A DNA stretch of 64,000 nucleotides, from assembly GCA_964187785.1 (NCBI GenBank), contig OZ076420.1:47616001-47680000 (forward strand). The letters run 5' to 3'. Within the stretch, counting starts at the first letter, position 1, and each line of letters starts with the position of its first letter. Positions 21,794 through 35,344 of the stretch are shown in pieces. The notes below the pieces were generated by a model, which did not search any database, was not told the origin of the DNA, and was given only the letters and a program-made list of their open reading frames with translations. Source of the stretch: Amphiscolops sp. MND2022. Its lineage: Eukaryota. The position numbers and the translations under genes are program-made.

Positions 21794-24700
21794 CCTTCTC
21801 TGATAGTCCTGGGTGTTTTTGTCTTGTAAAATGAAGCAAAAAAAACATAAATTTAATATGTGAATATGTTTGCAGGGGTTGATTTATGGGTCACGAAATC
21901 AAATGAAGTGTCCACGATACAGTTCGACACTTGGTAAAATAGGTCGAAACTAATGACAGTTATGGGATTCCAAGCAGTCTGTGTTTACACTATGTAAAAA
22001 AAATCTTCCAATGCAAATTCAACATTGGTTTGCTTTCTGGGTCGCGGCACAGTCTGCACAGACACAATGTAAACAAAAGCATAGCTGAAGCTGTGTTGTG
22101 AGATTTTCTCACCCTTATAAAATTGTGAAATTTTTATCGGAGTCGTAAAACTGGGGGAAAATTGAGGATTCGTATCAAGGATTCTTCGATGAATCCTGAC
22201 ACCCGTTGTATACCTAACAAATTCCTATACTACTTTTGTATCTCACGAGCTGAAATCTTCCTTAAAATTACAGCATAAGGACTCGGTAACTAATTTGTGA
22301 ACTTTGTGAACCGGAAGTTGCTATGTCTGACATTTCGATTTTCAATCTAGAATTCATTGTTCCTCTATGATCATGCTATGATAACATGCTATGATTATGC
22401 TATGATAATGCTATGATAACCCATACTACGATCATGCTTTGTTCCTACTATGAAACACGATGAGCATAATATGATCATACTATGAAACTTGGTCGCCATG
22501 GAACGATCTTGGAATGGTCGCCATGGAATGACCATGATCATAGTATGATCATACTATGGTCATAGCATGGTGAGTATGTTTGGTCAACCTGGGCTAGGTG
22601 GTATAAAAAGTCAAGTAGCTGCTTCGCCAAAACCAGAAAATTCATCGCACTTACGTTAACGCCCAAAGCAGTGGGTGCGTCTCAACTTGTAACAGAATAA
22701 TTGTTAAACCTCTTCTGCAAGGTTTCATAATCGTTCCATTATCGTAGCGTGATGGCAATATTTTCCTGAATTCGATTCTGAATCTCATATTGGTAAAACA
22801 ATAATATGTAACCTTTCGCTAAGTTTTCCACATTGGGGATATGCCAGCTCGCTCCAAAACTGTTGCTTCGATGTAAACTCTGTGGATGTTGTGTGAACAT
22901 GTTTAATTGATTGGAAGAACTCGATGAATTGGAGATTTCCAGGGTTTACTTTTTAAAGTGATATTGTGATTCACCAGGAAAAATCTGAAAAACAGCTCGA
23001 ACATTTGAATTCAATTCAATAATAATTTTGTTTGATGTGTATTATCTATAGAAATTTTTCAATAACAATGAACATCATGCCTGGGCAAGTTAACACCTAG
23101 AAAATCCAGAAAACGCCGAAATTATGGTGAAAGAATACTGTATTTGCATGTTGTCAAACAGTTGCTTCCAAAGTGGATGAAAAGCAACATTTTCATGGGT
23201 TATCAAGTATGAAACTTCATTGTGAAATATTTCATGGATGTAAAACACATGAATCCAACCATGAATTGTGGAAAAAAGCAGAAATTCTGTAGAGCTAAAT
23301 TTGAAAAACTCTAAAACCAAACTAGAACTAAATTTCTAAAAGTAAAACTTAAAACTCTACGAAACTCTCAAAAATATATCTCTATAAAACTCTTGAGAGA
23401 AAACTTTTGAAAAAGAGATTGTGACTTTCTTGCAAACACTTTTAGAAATGAACTTGAGAAGTTCTCAATGACAAAACTGTTATATATAAAGTTGAAACAC
23501 AACTTACATCCCAAAAGTTGAGGAAGCGATTGATTTCAGTATTCGCAAGAATAACTTATCATAATTTTGTGAAGAAAACATTCTGCATAACTTACAACGA
23601 TTGCTGGTGAAACAGAGAAAGGAGTTTGAAGTTTTTTAAACAAATCACTTTCGTGTACAGACCTTTGTCCCTAGACTTTGAATAGCATCTTGAGTACAGC
23701 AATTAATGAAGTGTAAAACAGCAGGGCAAAATAAAGAAGAAGTGCTTCTGAAGTACAGTACGATATGAATTGAATAAAAGTGCTGGTTGAATTATTTAGC
23801 ATGCATCTGTTTTCTAATTTGATCAACTTTTCTCTCGATTTTGTGTTGCCCAGTTTAAACTAAAATTAGCTGTTCGACTGAGCAATTTAAAAATGTTGCA
23901 AATAACCTTCGAAAAGCATTTGTGTTCAGTCCAAATCAGCATCTCATAAAAGTTTCGTTCAAATCAGGAAACCTCCATGTTCGGCGCATAAGCCGATAAA
24001 TTCTCAAGATAGGTTCCTTGACAGAAAGATAGTAATTTGCTTCGACATTTCAGTCAGCAAAAGCAAAACACAAAGCTCTAAAAATGCTGAGTTCTAGAAA
24101 ATTTCTAAAATTAATGTTGTGATGTAGGTGCAATTTCTTAGAATCGGTTTTTTCTTTTGTTCTATTTAAGGGAGTGTAAAAAGCCAATGCAAAAATATTA
24201 CCGATATGAATTCAAAAGCCGTCCCGTGCCGTGCCGTTTCTGGTTAACCAGTCTTGATGGAACTGGTCCAGGCCAATGGAACCTATCTGGATAATACATC
24301 GGCGTATGCCGGAGATGCACCAATGAAAAGTGAGACAGGGAGGCAAAACAAAAATTTGAGGATATTTCGATAGTTTTCCATGATCCACAGTATCTTCACT
24401 GAACGTTTTTGAGAATACATTATAGCAGTTCTTTTTGGGAATGAATGAGATTTGAAATGTGGTCTTCACAAATCTTTTGAAAATTGTTCAAAATTATTAA
24501 TAATTGAAAACACGTTATGGCAGTTGGTTCTGGGAATGAATAAGATATGAAATGTGATTTTCACCAATCATCTCTAAATTTTCCAAAGTTATGAATAATT
24601 CAATTCTGAAATTCCGTTCCTAAAGATAACCATCTTTTCACTTAGTTTCAACATCTGAATATTTTATAGTTTTCTGAGAGTACACACAATGGTCAACTGA

Positions 24701-26489
24701 GGAAGGACCTTCAATGGGGGTGAAACAATGGGGTGATGAAGTTCTTCACTAAAACTTTTAAGGGAGCCTAATTATTATATTCCGGGGTTATTTCTGATGG
24801 GAAATGAAAATGAAAATCTCACCCCCGGTTTTCACTCGGTTTGCCGTGCTCCGGTGTTTCACTCAATGATAAGATTGAGGTTCTTCGATAGAAGTAAATT
24901 ACAAATAATACGGTTCTAACGATTGCATTTGTGGCGATATTCAAACTTTTTTGGAAAATGTGCTGTAAAAGAAAGGTGCCGAATTGGTTTGAAAACGCTG
25001 TTTTTTTTTCATCGCGAAAACGGTAGTTTTAATTTAAATTTCAGACCGATTGTTGCACTTTCTATCAATATTTTGAATGTTTTTGGTCGATTTAGATATC
25101 TACAGAGTTCAGCGATAAATAATTAAATGCATACTTTTTTGATCCAACATTTGAAAATTATCGTGAATTTGAATACCCGCTGAGTTCAATGACAAAACAG
25201 TTGGCTACTAAACATGCTTGTTTTCGTTACCGAATTTATAAACAAGAGAAACTGAACTTTTAAGAGAAAACTGGTTGCAGAAAGGTTCTGAAAGTAACCA
25301 AAAAATCAAAAAACTTTTTCCTGTTTTAAATTTTTCAAGTTCAGCATTGTATTAGGAACGTTCATTATAGGCCACGTTCAAGCTTCATTGAAACAATTAC
25401 AGTGCACGAAAATTGTCAGGACAGAAACAATTAATGAGGAAGCTTTCATCAGTTCCTAATGACCGAAAAATAACCAAAAGGGTTCACACAGCAAACAGAG
25501 ATCCTCGAAAAAAAATTCGTGGGAAAAATCTATCGGTAAATCGCACAAGGCCAAAAAGTACTAAGGGGCCCTCTTTACTCACAAAAAACATTGTTTCTGC
25601 TAAAATTCATTCTGAAAATAATCAGAAAACTTTTCAAACTGCAGAAAAAAACACAAAAGCGGTAATGGTAACTTTAGGTCTTTTCTTTACTGGAACACGT
25701 ATTCTTTCTTCTCAGACTTCGTCACCTGGCCTGGAAATCTTCCTTAACCTCTGAAAATTGCATGAAAGTTGAAGATAACTCAGAGAAATTGTTTAGGTTA
25801 TTGCGGAAACAGAAGACGGAATAGAAACTTAAACAATCCGCTTATGAAATTAAGACTTTCCATACCTTAGAAAAACCGAAACCAACAAGAGGCGCAGTGG
25901 AACTGTGATATTTTTTGTATATTTATAAAACAGAACATTTTCAACGGGGACCTCTGAAGATTGAAAACGAAACTTTTCCCAACTCAGAATTTCAGAAAAA
26001 CCCAAATTTGGGTTCTTTTCGAGAAAAGTTCATCAAAGATGGTAACAAAACTCCCAAACTAGCCAAGGGTGTGAACTTTTAGGCCCTGATAACATTTTTT
26101 TTAAACTGAAAACATCAAAACCCCGAAGCAGCGAACCTCTTGTAACAAATTACATATTTTGAGAAAATAACTGCCTGAGTCCCACAGCATAAAAAACACC
26201 TAAATAGGTCATCCTTGAGACTCAGAAAACTATTTTTGTAACAAAAAACCTCAAAAAAAGTCAACAATTAGGTTCATATTAAATTTTTTGAAAAAAAAGT
26301 AATTCAAAAAATGGTTTCCGTTTTTTTTTCAGTAAGTCTCACAGTGCTCCTCTAAAAACGTATTGTTCCTGTTTAAAAAATATGGCTTCTGTTAAAAATT
26401 TCAGAATAAAAGTCTGATGGTGACCCGAAAAACACCAAGGGAGGGAAACTTTGGTGTCTTCAACTCAAATATAAGTCTTTGAAAAAGTT

Positions 26490-26580
26490 GGTTGTGAGCG
26501 GGACTAGAACTCACGTACACACATAGGGACGAACACATTCACCTTGTAACGAAAAACAGTTGTTCCTTAGGCCACGTGGC
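26490..26580 (-). mobile_element. Degenerate tRNA-derived head, probably a SINE-like repeat
   Basis: Minus strand has an A-box-like GTGGCCTAAGG and a B-box-like GAGTTCTAGTCCCG with tRNA-like spacing, but no intact cloverleaf. Confidence 0.4.
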
Positions 26581-28723
26581 GTATGAATTGAGCGGAAGTA
26601 AAGTTATAGAAAGTTATGGCAGAAACTTGTAGAAAAGAAAAATAGGAAAAAGCCCGGCTGAAATTAAAATGTGTTTGTATTATAGGAAAATTTTAAGCCA
26701 AGTTTATCCCATAGACTAGTTTATTTTCGAATGTGGAAACCGGAAACCAAGCAGTCAATTACAAGGGGTTTGCTTCGGGGAACAAATTTTAACGAATGTG
26801 GCATCAGAAGCATTCATTATGGCTGGAGCCTAAAACAGGTTCTTGTAAGTCACAGTATGAAGTCTTGCGCCCACATGTTTCCGGCCTCAGCTGCAGTAAA
26901 AGCAAAAGCAATAAAACAGAAAACTCATGAGTAAACGAAAACGAGCAAATGATGCGCTGTACAATGCTTCAAAAACTTCGAAAGAAGCTTTGAACATTAT
27001 CTACTCGAAGCATTAAACTGCAGAGTTGGTTTTGATCATTCGACTGAGAATAGTTGACTTGAAACTGTGGTTATTGAGTCTTTTTTTTCGAATGGACCGT
27101 GTTAACAAATGGAAATGACCCAAGAATAAACGCTATAGAAAACTTTTTTTGAAACATATCGAATTGTTCGTTTCCTGTTTTAAAGAAGCACCAATACTGA
27201 ATACATTCAATTCTGGGAACGATATTGGTGAGTGTTGTGCATGTTTAGGCAAGATAAAAATCCATTGTACAGTTTAGTTCCCGTATGTATTTGCTAAAAC
27301 TTCCATCCTAGGTTTTATAGGATTCGAATTTTGGAAGCTTTCAAAACAAAACAAAATTCAAACTCGTCGAGTGGGTAGCGCAAAAAGCTTGTGTATAATC
27401 CCTTACTTTTTCGGCAAAAAACCCTACTTTTTAACTCTTGTGGCGTGATTGACAAAACTGGAGTGTTTTTGTCAGGAAGCAATTACGGCCGACGTCGTTG
27501 CAACAAAAAAGTTGAAATTGCTTATGAAAGAAGATTGGAAACAGTTATTGAATGCATAATTCGGACAGAAGACCCCTTGGAAAAGCGACAAACTTGGAAG
27601 AGCAGTATCGCAACAAAAACCTCCGTCCAAAAAATCAGAAAAGAGAAAAGGTTGCCAAGAGGTTACAAAAATTCCGCAATACCGGGTCGACGTTAGTGAA
27701 GGCTAGCTACAACAGGAGGCAAATGAAGCTCTTTAAGCTTCGAAACACATGAAGAAAGAAGGTGAAGTTTTGCTGGGACAACTGAAAAAAACGCTTGAGG
27801 TAACTGAGGACGAAGAGAAGGTAAATACAGGCTCAAAATTTCAACCGAGTAGATCACTCAGTGCGAATTATCTTTAAACTCTTGCCAAGATCTTGCATAT
27901 TCCCAATTACACTTTGTAACGGCAACTGCTGATATCAACAATTTTAATTGATTTTCAACAAAGTACCAAAATTTTGTTCAAATCTGACGTGGCAGCCTGA
28001 GCATGTTTGCGGTCAAAGACTTGCCAGAAAAACAGCCTCAAAAGTGACGAGACGCCGCCCGCGAGAACGAAAACAGCAATACCAGCAGCTAGTGCAGCCA
28101 TTCTGACTTTTTTTCACGGAATTGTGCTCATCTCCGACAAGATTTCTCTACTTTTGTAGCAGAAACCAGTGAATCCAGATGTCTGCCTGAAGATCCCTGT
28201 GGTGTTCTGTTGTGTTACCAGCTCGAGCGCCTTTTGTGCTCACCTTTTTCCACGAAGAACGGACTCAAACTGTTATATTTGATGTATTTGTTGCAGTTTA
28301 GATTGATATGCTCGAGAGCTGTCTGAATACCATCTGTGCTACTGTTCATTATTGGCGATTTGTCAGATTTCCCTAATCTATGGTTTAACTCTAATTCAGT
28401 CTTTCGGCCCCCTTTTTAGAGGCTAAATAAGCAGTGGTCTTTAGCCCAAGGAAGCTGCCTGTTATTCTTAGCAGTTACAGACTGGGATCAGGCCAGAGAG
28501 CATCATATAAGACGGTTCCCCCACCCTGGAACTGGGTCCCTTGGAGGAAAAATGAGCTAGGGCCGTGAAGATCTAAGTCCCGGATCATATTCACAGTTCT
28601 AGTTCCTCCAGTTCTAAGTCTCGGTTAAGCGCCAGCGCTTGTCGTTACACTTGAAAGCCTTGATAAACTGATTTATTTATTCTTCCTATGCATAAACATA
28701 TTGAACTTCTTGAAAGAAATATT

Positions 28724-29518
28724 TGTAACAGTCTTATCAAGGGGTCCAAGAAAAGAAATAATTCGCTAAACCAACAACATTTTTGTCTAGAATTACTTTG
28801 CACTACCAGCTATACTATCATTCTTTGAAGTATTGGTTATAGGACAGCACAAAGTATGGAAATTCAGGACACGATAGCTTGATTGGTAGCGTGAACTGCT
28901 ACGGTATAACAGGCCATAACCCTGATCAGCCCGCAGTTGGTGTCGTTTTTGTTCATTTTAATTCACATTGGTTAGTTTTTCTTTTTTCTTTTGGAACCCT
29001 TGGTCCTTCTGGAAGTCTTGTTACATATTCATGGCGCTTTCAAGAAGAATGTTGTCAAGATTCTAACCGAAAGTTTCCAAAAATGCAAGATTCTTATGAA
29101 GAGTTACAAGACTTCTCTTTGTGGGAACAGAAAACATGTGTCTCAAGATTTTAGATAGTAGCAATCTAAAGATTCAGATGCTACAGAGCTTGAACCAGTT
29201 CACCGAAATTTGTATTTTTCTCGAAAGGTTTTTGATAGAACAATTTATTTGAGAACGCACTGTAAAAATTTTGTTGACTTTGAAGAACTGGATGGTTTTC
29301 TTTTTGTGCAGAGAAAAGGGAAACCCGAAGAAATGGAAGAGCTCTGGTCAATTTAGAAAACGTAACGGGCGATGTTCGGAGGCGTTAATTCTTAAATAAT
29401 TGTATGTTCTGAGTTTCAACAACAGTTGGCCTTTCTCAACTCATCCAGGGTGTTTGTGTTGAGATCTTGCTTACGTGTGCCAAGTTTCATGTATCTGTGA
29501 ATAAAAATCGCTGTTACA
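28724..29518 (+). mobile_element. Possible solo LTR
   Basis: 8-bp inverted termini TGTAACAG...CTGTTACA with AATAAA just before the 3' end. No TSD found (ATATT versus ACTCA). Confidence 0.3.
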
Positions 29519-30624
29519 ACTCAAGATTGGTTCCAGTTTAGTGACGCTTGAATTCAATGAAATTCTAATAAATTTTCGAAACGCTCCGAGTTATAATTAT
29601 TATTCAGCACGCTCGATAATTAGTTTCTCGTCTTGCACACAACTTGCAAAAACCATTTTCATCGAAGAGATGTGCGAATTTTAATGTCTCCTTTCCGCCT
29701 GCCATTCAAGGTCGTTATCTTTTTAAGAGCGCCAATTCCATTTAATCTCAGTCATTTGTTTGTTCTGTTGCTTCTCTGCTACATATACTTTACTCCAAAT
29801 CTTTCAGTCTGCTGATCATATGGTTGTTTTCCACATTTCCACATTACCTTGAGAAACTTTTTGCAAAAAGTATTAGCTCGTTTGACGGTTTTCTTTCGCC
29901 AAATATCACAAATGATGATTTCTTCATCATCAACATTCGAAATTCTCCGAATTCAATCATTTGGTCCTGCTTGAGCTTTTGATAAACACAACACAAAAGT
30001 TATTCAATTCAATTAGGTAAGCTCCAGTAAATCTTTTTCCCCACAGGGTACATTTCTGTAGAAATTGATATTTTCTAGATCCAATCGCTCAAGATCAGCT
30101 CAGCTATACTTTTCATCATCGGAGTTGGCTGACCGCGAGTGCGAGTTGTCGAACAACGTTCGTTTTTTTTCGATTCGTAATCATTTGTTTGATTTGGCCT
30201 TTGTGTGAAGTCGTTATATCAACCACCGTCATATTCAGTATAAAAAGAGATTTTTCAAGATTGCGAGAAGTTCTCACTCTTTTTTATAAGACTTCTCTGT
30301 GAGTTCAATCAGAAGTGATTTGTTTTTGAACTCATTCGGTGTTCTAGATTTTGTTTCTTGCTTTTGCACTCCTTTGAGAGGTAGTTTTCTTTGGAACCAT
30401 GTAAGTTTTCTTCCAATAACTGCAGTGCATTTGGTTTTTGCATTTGCTACTGTTTGACAATTGTCGGTGAGCTTCTCGTACGAAAATACTTAGACTCCCT
30501 ATCATCTGGGTTTCTATCAGTCTCTAAGATGTCATCTGAAACTTCTATTTTAACGAAAGAATTTCTGGATATGTTTTTTCCGACTAATTTTGACTCTTTC
30601 AAGCTTGTTTGGTAAAACGATGTG

Positions 30625-30720
30625 ACATTTGCTAATCAAAATGTTGGCATTAGGGTTAGCTTGTGCCAAAGCATCCATCCCTGAGTTCCCCATACCAGAA
30701 CAATTGACGCAAAGGTTAAT
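30625..30720 (-). pseudogene. Possible decayed retrotransposon Gag zinc-knuckle region
   Basis: NLCVNCSGMGNSGMDA...SKCHIVL resembles the BEL/Pao LCFNC...GH...DC...HH.LL pattern. It lies in about 1.5 kb of stop-ridden coding-like sequence. Confidence 0.3.
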
Positions 30721-32469
30721 ATTTATCAGATTCGTTTCGTCAACGAGGTGTTCCGTTCAATTGAATTCATGTGTCTGTTCAAAACGTTCCATCTTGGCTT
30801 TTGTTTTAATTTTTGCACTTCACGATCGCACGTGTTTGTCAGGCGTCACTACACCGTCGCAGAGCTTTCGATACATGTCTCTTGGTCTCAAACGTTCATG
30901 CAGGACAATCGTCCGTCGTTCACGAAATCCGACAATTTTGTCCGTTTCAGAACCCTTGGGTTTTTCTTCAAGGTGTACAGTGACAATATAAAACGTCAAC
31001 AGTTGATATAGAAGCTCTTCTTGTATCTACTTTCGTACAATGGTAGCTTCTGAAATCCGTTTGAACTGTTCAAATCGTATATTTAATTCTTTCGAAGTTT
31101 CGCTGCAAATGCTTCTATTTTCTCTCCACCGTTTGTCATTGAGTACTCCTCAAGATCACTTCTCTTTGCCTATCGAATAATGTCACAGGTAGGTGATTGT
31201 TTTTTCCAAACTAGTAGGACTTTCACAACGAGGCGTTCTGTATGTTTGTGGCAATTTCTGCATACATTCGGCAGCGAGAAGTTTCGTGGTTCATTTGCTT
31301 GCCTTAATTCTATGTTTGCTTTTTCTGACCTTCAAATGAGGCTCGATTATTCATAATGCGTCGCGAGTTTTCACAATTTAAAGATTTGTACTGACAATTA
31401 CTTTGCTAAGAATTTCGCTCATTCATCGTACACATCCTCATGCAGTCAGGTTGAATCCTACAGGCCAAGACATTTCTCCTTGTTCTTACCCTCGACTGGC
31501 ATCAATATTTTGTTTCTCACCTCGACTGGTTGAATCATCCTCGATTGAGGTTTTGCGTCATTTGAGTTTGTTTAACCTGAGAGCTCTTCTGAATTTTGAT
31601 CCCATTCCACTGCGTCAACAATTGTTTTTTACCAGTTGCTACCTCGGAGCATTTACTTTTAGTTGAATTGAAACTACGTTGTGAAAGGGCATCTCATATC
31701 TGCGTTTGTGATAGTATCACTTGGCAGCCATTTTAGGGGATTTTTTTGGACGTTCGAACGTTTGCTCCATATCAGCGAACCAGCAACTCGATTCTAATGT
31801 CGCACTGAGTTCTCCTGATCAGTCACACTTTAACAGAGTCGGCTTGCCGTTTCGTCATTCGGAAGATTCAACATGAAACCTACGTTTAGCACCAATGCTT
31901 ATTTGCTCCCGCTGTTTTTGTATAACGGTATTGTTTGGATAGAACAGCTTGCTGCTCCAAAAGATTTGACCCGAGTTCCATCCGTTTCTTACTCTGTCCG
32001 GTGTGTCTAATGTGAATTACGTTTGCTATTCAAAGATGCTGTGCCGCGAGCTTTTCTATCCTTCTGGCAATCATATGTTCAAATTACTTCGTTTTTTTTT
32101 TCACCGAGGGCTCTCGATCTTAAAAGTCGTTTTTGGTAAATTTTGATCACATCTCGAAGTCAGTGTTTTGTGAGATACCCAATGTTCAATTCGTGTAAAC
32201 TGCGCAATACAGTAATCAGTTGCCAACATACTAAGAAACAACTCATTACCTCTTGCAGACTTTATGTGTGTCCCTTGAGGAATATACTTGTTTCTGTGGA
32301 TCTTAACTCTCTGAGTGGTTCCATTTGCTTTATTTGGGTGGATAGACTTGCAGTGACGGCAAAATGCAAGTTTTTGTTTTCAGAGAGAATTCAGTTTTCA
32401 AAGAGTATCAGTCTTGAAAAAAAATTGGAATTGAAGCACATTTACCTCTAGAATGCTGCTGAATCCCAG

Positions 32470-32975
32470 CGGTAAATGGTAACTTGACCTCAAATCACTC
32501 GGCTTTAGGTCATTTGGCTTATTACATTTGGTCACTTGGCCTAAGGCGAAACGTCTCGGGTAAATGGTCACTTGGCTTAGTACCTTCCGGCTGAAAATCA
32601 CTAATTTGAAAACGTCAGATTTCGTCAGCAATATTATTAAAACGCAGTCAGTGAAGTTCACCTACCCCTTGTGCCCTAAATGCGAAGCGTAGCGACGTGC
32701 CATCTGGTCGTGTTTCAATGTTGCTACTTGGCGAAGGAAGCAAAACGTCGCAGCCATACAACTAAAATGCTGAACATTTCGTAACTCTGTTCGTTTCTTG
32801 TACAATTCGTTGAAAATTGAATTCAGTTTCAGTCTTTGATAGCTCTTTTTTGGCCAAGGTGTGAGGTAGAATGGACTTGACCTAAATTTGTGGTCATTTG
32901 GCTCAGAAATATCAAATCAAATGACTGGTGGAAAACCTCAGGCCAAATTACTTGGACATTAAGTCAAGTGACTTG
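32470..32975. repeat. Cluster of GGTCAYTTGGC motifs, direct and inverted
   Basis: Copies at 32508, 32530, 32566 and 32892; variants at 32478 and near 32873; inverted variants near 32917-32972. Confidence 0.6.
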
Positions 32976-34771
32976 TAACCATCCCAACCACTATGAATCT
33001 CAACAGATCCAGTTGCAAGCCTTCCAATACAACAAATATAAGGCCTCAATTTGGACTTTCATTTAGGCTCAATTCACGACTGCAAACACAATCTTCTCAA
33101 GTCTTGATGCTTTTGAAGAGCTGCTTTCTTCCAAGTAATTGTCGCGACCCCGTCTGAATACGAAAACCTTTGCAGTTTTTTCTGTTTGTTGTGCGAACAG
33201 AAACATTTTGCATCACTTCAAAGTTTGAAAAGTCCCTACAGGTAGGTTTGAACTCCCAACATTCTGGGTTGTCACAAAAGCCAGCAATGAACAAGAACTC
33301 TTTTGCAGCTCTTGCCGGAAAATATAGATAATGAGTCACACTCTTGATGAAAAAACTCCTCACAAAATTATATGAAAGATATCTAGTCACTCACTAGAAA
33401 CACGTCACACTTTTAGTGTCGTGTCCCCATAGGATTTGTCTGCCCAATTAATGATGTCCGCACAAATTGATGACGTCCGTGTCAGCTGAATGAATATAAC
33501 AGCTGCATGATCACTTCAATCGACAAACTTTATGCAACCTTGACTTCTGTGGTCGACATCTTCGAGGCTTTTACTGATGCAGTAAAGTTTGTCCAGTGTA
33601 ACAATTTTTGCTTCAAGTGCCTGTGTTCTGATGCAGGAAAAATGAACGAGGTCCATCGCTTTTTCCGAGAATTTGAATGTTGAGCCTATATTCCCACTTT
33701 CCTACACATGGTACTATTATCTCCAACAGGTTCGAAGTACTAGCATGAAGGGTTGTTACTTTGTGGTGGGTAACTCCTGGGGCCTTCTCGAACTATTTTC
33801 TTGACAGAGAAGCGAACTAGGTGATCGGGGCAATAACTCTTCTAAAAGTTAGCGGGCGACAGGCAGGGCAGGGTGCTGTATGTCCTCATCTATGACGAAG
33901 AAAGAACGTATGGAAATGGGGGGGTATAAATGTTTAAACAATTGCTATTCATCAATCGAATTGGATGAAATTTTGCATTACCCTTAAAAACGGATGCTGA
34001 GAAAAAGTTAGGGAGCAATTTTTGGGACTTTTTAAGTCACGTTTTACCATTTTGGTGTTATTTTATTGCGTTTCTCAGGTCATTGTTGTTACGCTTACGT
34101 TGTGTTGCGCTATCTGAAAATATGTTTGATGGAAAATTTTGATTGCATTCGGATCACCCTTTTCGAGCTAGAGTGGTCACCAGTCCAATTTTACCCCCAA
34201 ATTTGAAGAAAAACCAATTTTGAGAATGGAGCAGCAAACTGAACGTGCCCGCAATCTGCTCTGGTTTCGTCTGTCGGGTGTAATGAGACAGATCAGATGA
34301 CATGTGTGGTTTTCGCCCTGGGTCCGAAAATAGTCTTTTCAACGTTTTTTGGACTAGAAGCCGTCATTTTCATTGGTAAGGGGTTGTTTTAAGGGCGCCC
34401 TACAGGGTATCAAAGTTGAAGTACGACCTAGCAACAACACGGTCACCAAGACGTTGTTTGACATTGTTATTCGACTTCAGACAACATTTACGCCGAGTAA
34501 GCCCATAATCAGGGATGCGGAATTTGCTGGATCCAGCACGCTTTGTCAGAGGCCGATCCAGCAGAGACTTTGCGGGATCCTGCAGCTGAATCCAGTTGTA
34601 CTGAACTGGGAACAGAAGAGTTTTTACAACAAAACTCCATTATCAAATCATATCATCAGGATTATGAACTTTTTGAGCATCAGAATTAGAATTTAGATGC
34701 GTACAAGAGTCCGTTTCACGTTCCAACTCAATTTCAAGAGCAATATTCTCTGCTATCTTCGTAACAGGCTC

Positions 34772-35339
34772 AAAATTGTACTCGATATTCAACTGTTTGT
34801 CCAGTTTTTTAGAAGAAAGGTTCGCCCCTAAACGATTGTGAACAATTTGGTGACATGAAAAAGCCGCCCAACGGCCGCTTCACTAACAGGAAAGCTACTC
34901 AGCAGATTTTTTAACGTTTGATGAACGTTTTTGGTAGAAATATTAGGTGGTTGTCCCAATCTTCCGGAATCCCGAATTTCTTCCATTTCCGCTTCAAATT
35001 CTGAAAAACAAGATGTTAAGGTAAGACATTTTTAGCCCATTTTATAGCAGCAGCTGAGTTTTGTGACCATTCACAGTAATAAATTCAGGAGTGAATTGCG
35101 ACATGCCCAGAAAGTGACAAGAATAGAATGCCGAAGAACCCAATTATTTCTCTCTGAACAATTTCCGTCTTTTCATTAATACAGCCTTGAGCGACGCCAC
35201 TGGGCTCTACAGCACCAATATCGTTGAGCTCCTCTAAGATTAAGTCAGTTTGTCCTTGTATACAGTTTGCTGTTTTCTTGTTGGCCACAAAACTAGTCCA
35301 GTAAAATATTTCTTTTGCAGAGTTTATAACGTAGCACAA
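34772..35339 (-). pseudogene. hAT transposase remnant including the C-terminal dimerisation domain
   Basis: LKNLLSSFPVSEAAVGRLF/SCHQIVHNRLGANLSSKKLDKQLNIEYNF (1-nt frameshift) fits P.S.A..ER.FS......R..L.......N. ORF 35085-35339 resembles a degraded central region. Confidence 0.7.
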
Positions 35340-35344
35340 GTGAT

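Larger units (their letters stand above)
15439..22903. repeat. 7.5-kb tandem segmental duplication, copy 2
   Basis: Colinear with 7916-15407; separated from copy 1 by a 31-bp filler. Confidence 0.97.

Noticed and set aside
7916-22903. The duplicated units as two complete Maverick elements
   Set aside because: No TIRs, AG-type termini, TSD, pPolB, ATPase, protease or major capsid recognised. The unit ends look like repair breakpoints.
24212-24469. ENaC-like FSEDT..HG reading, or a signal-peptide reading MENYRNILKFLFCLPVSLFIGASPAYA in another frame
   Set aside because: Two mutually exclusive weak readings; the second hits stops at once. Not supportable.
26490-26580. Functional tRNA gene
   Set aside because: No consistent acceptor or anticodon stems.
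28340-28649. Separate solo LTR ending GTCGTTACA
   Set aside because: No matching 5' terminus or TSD found.
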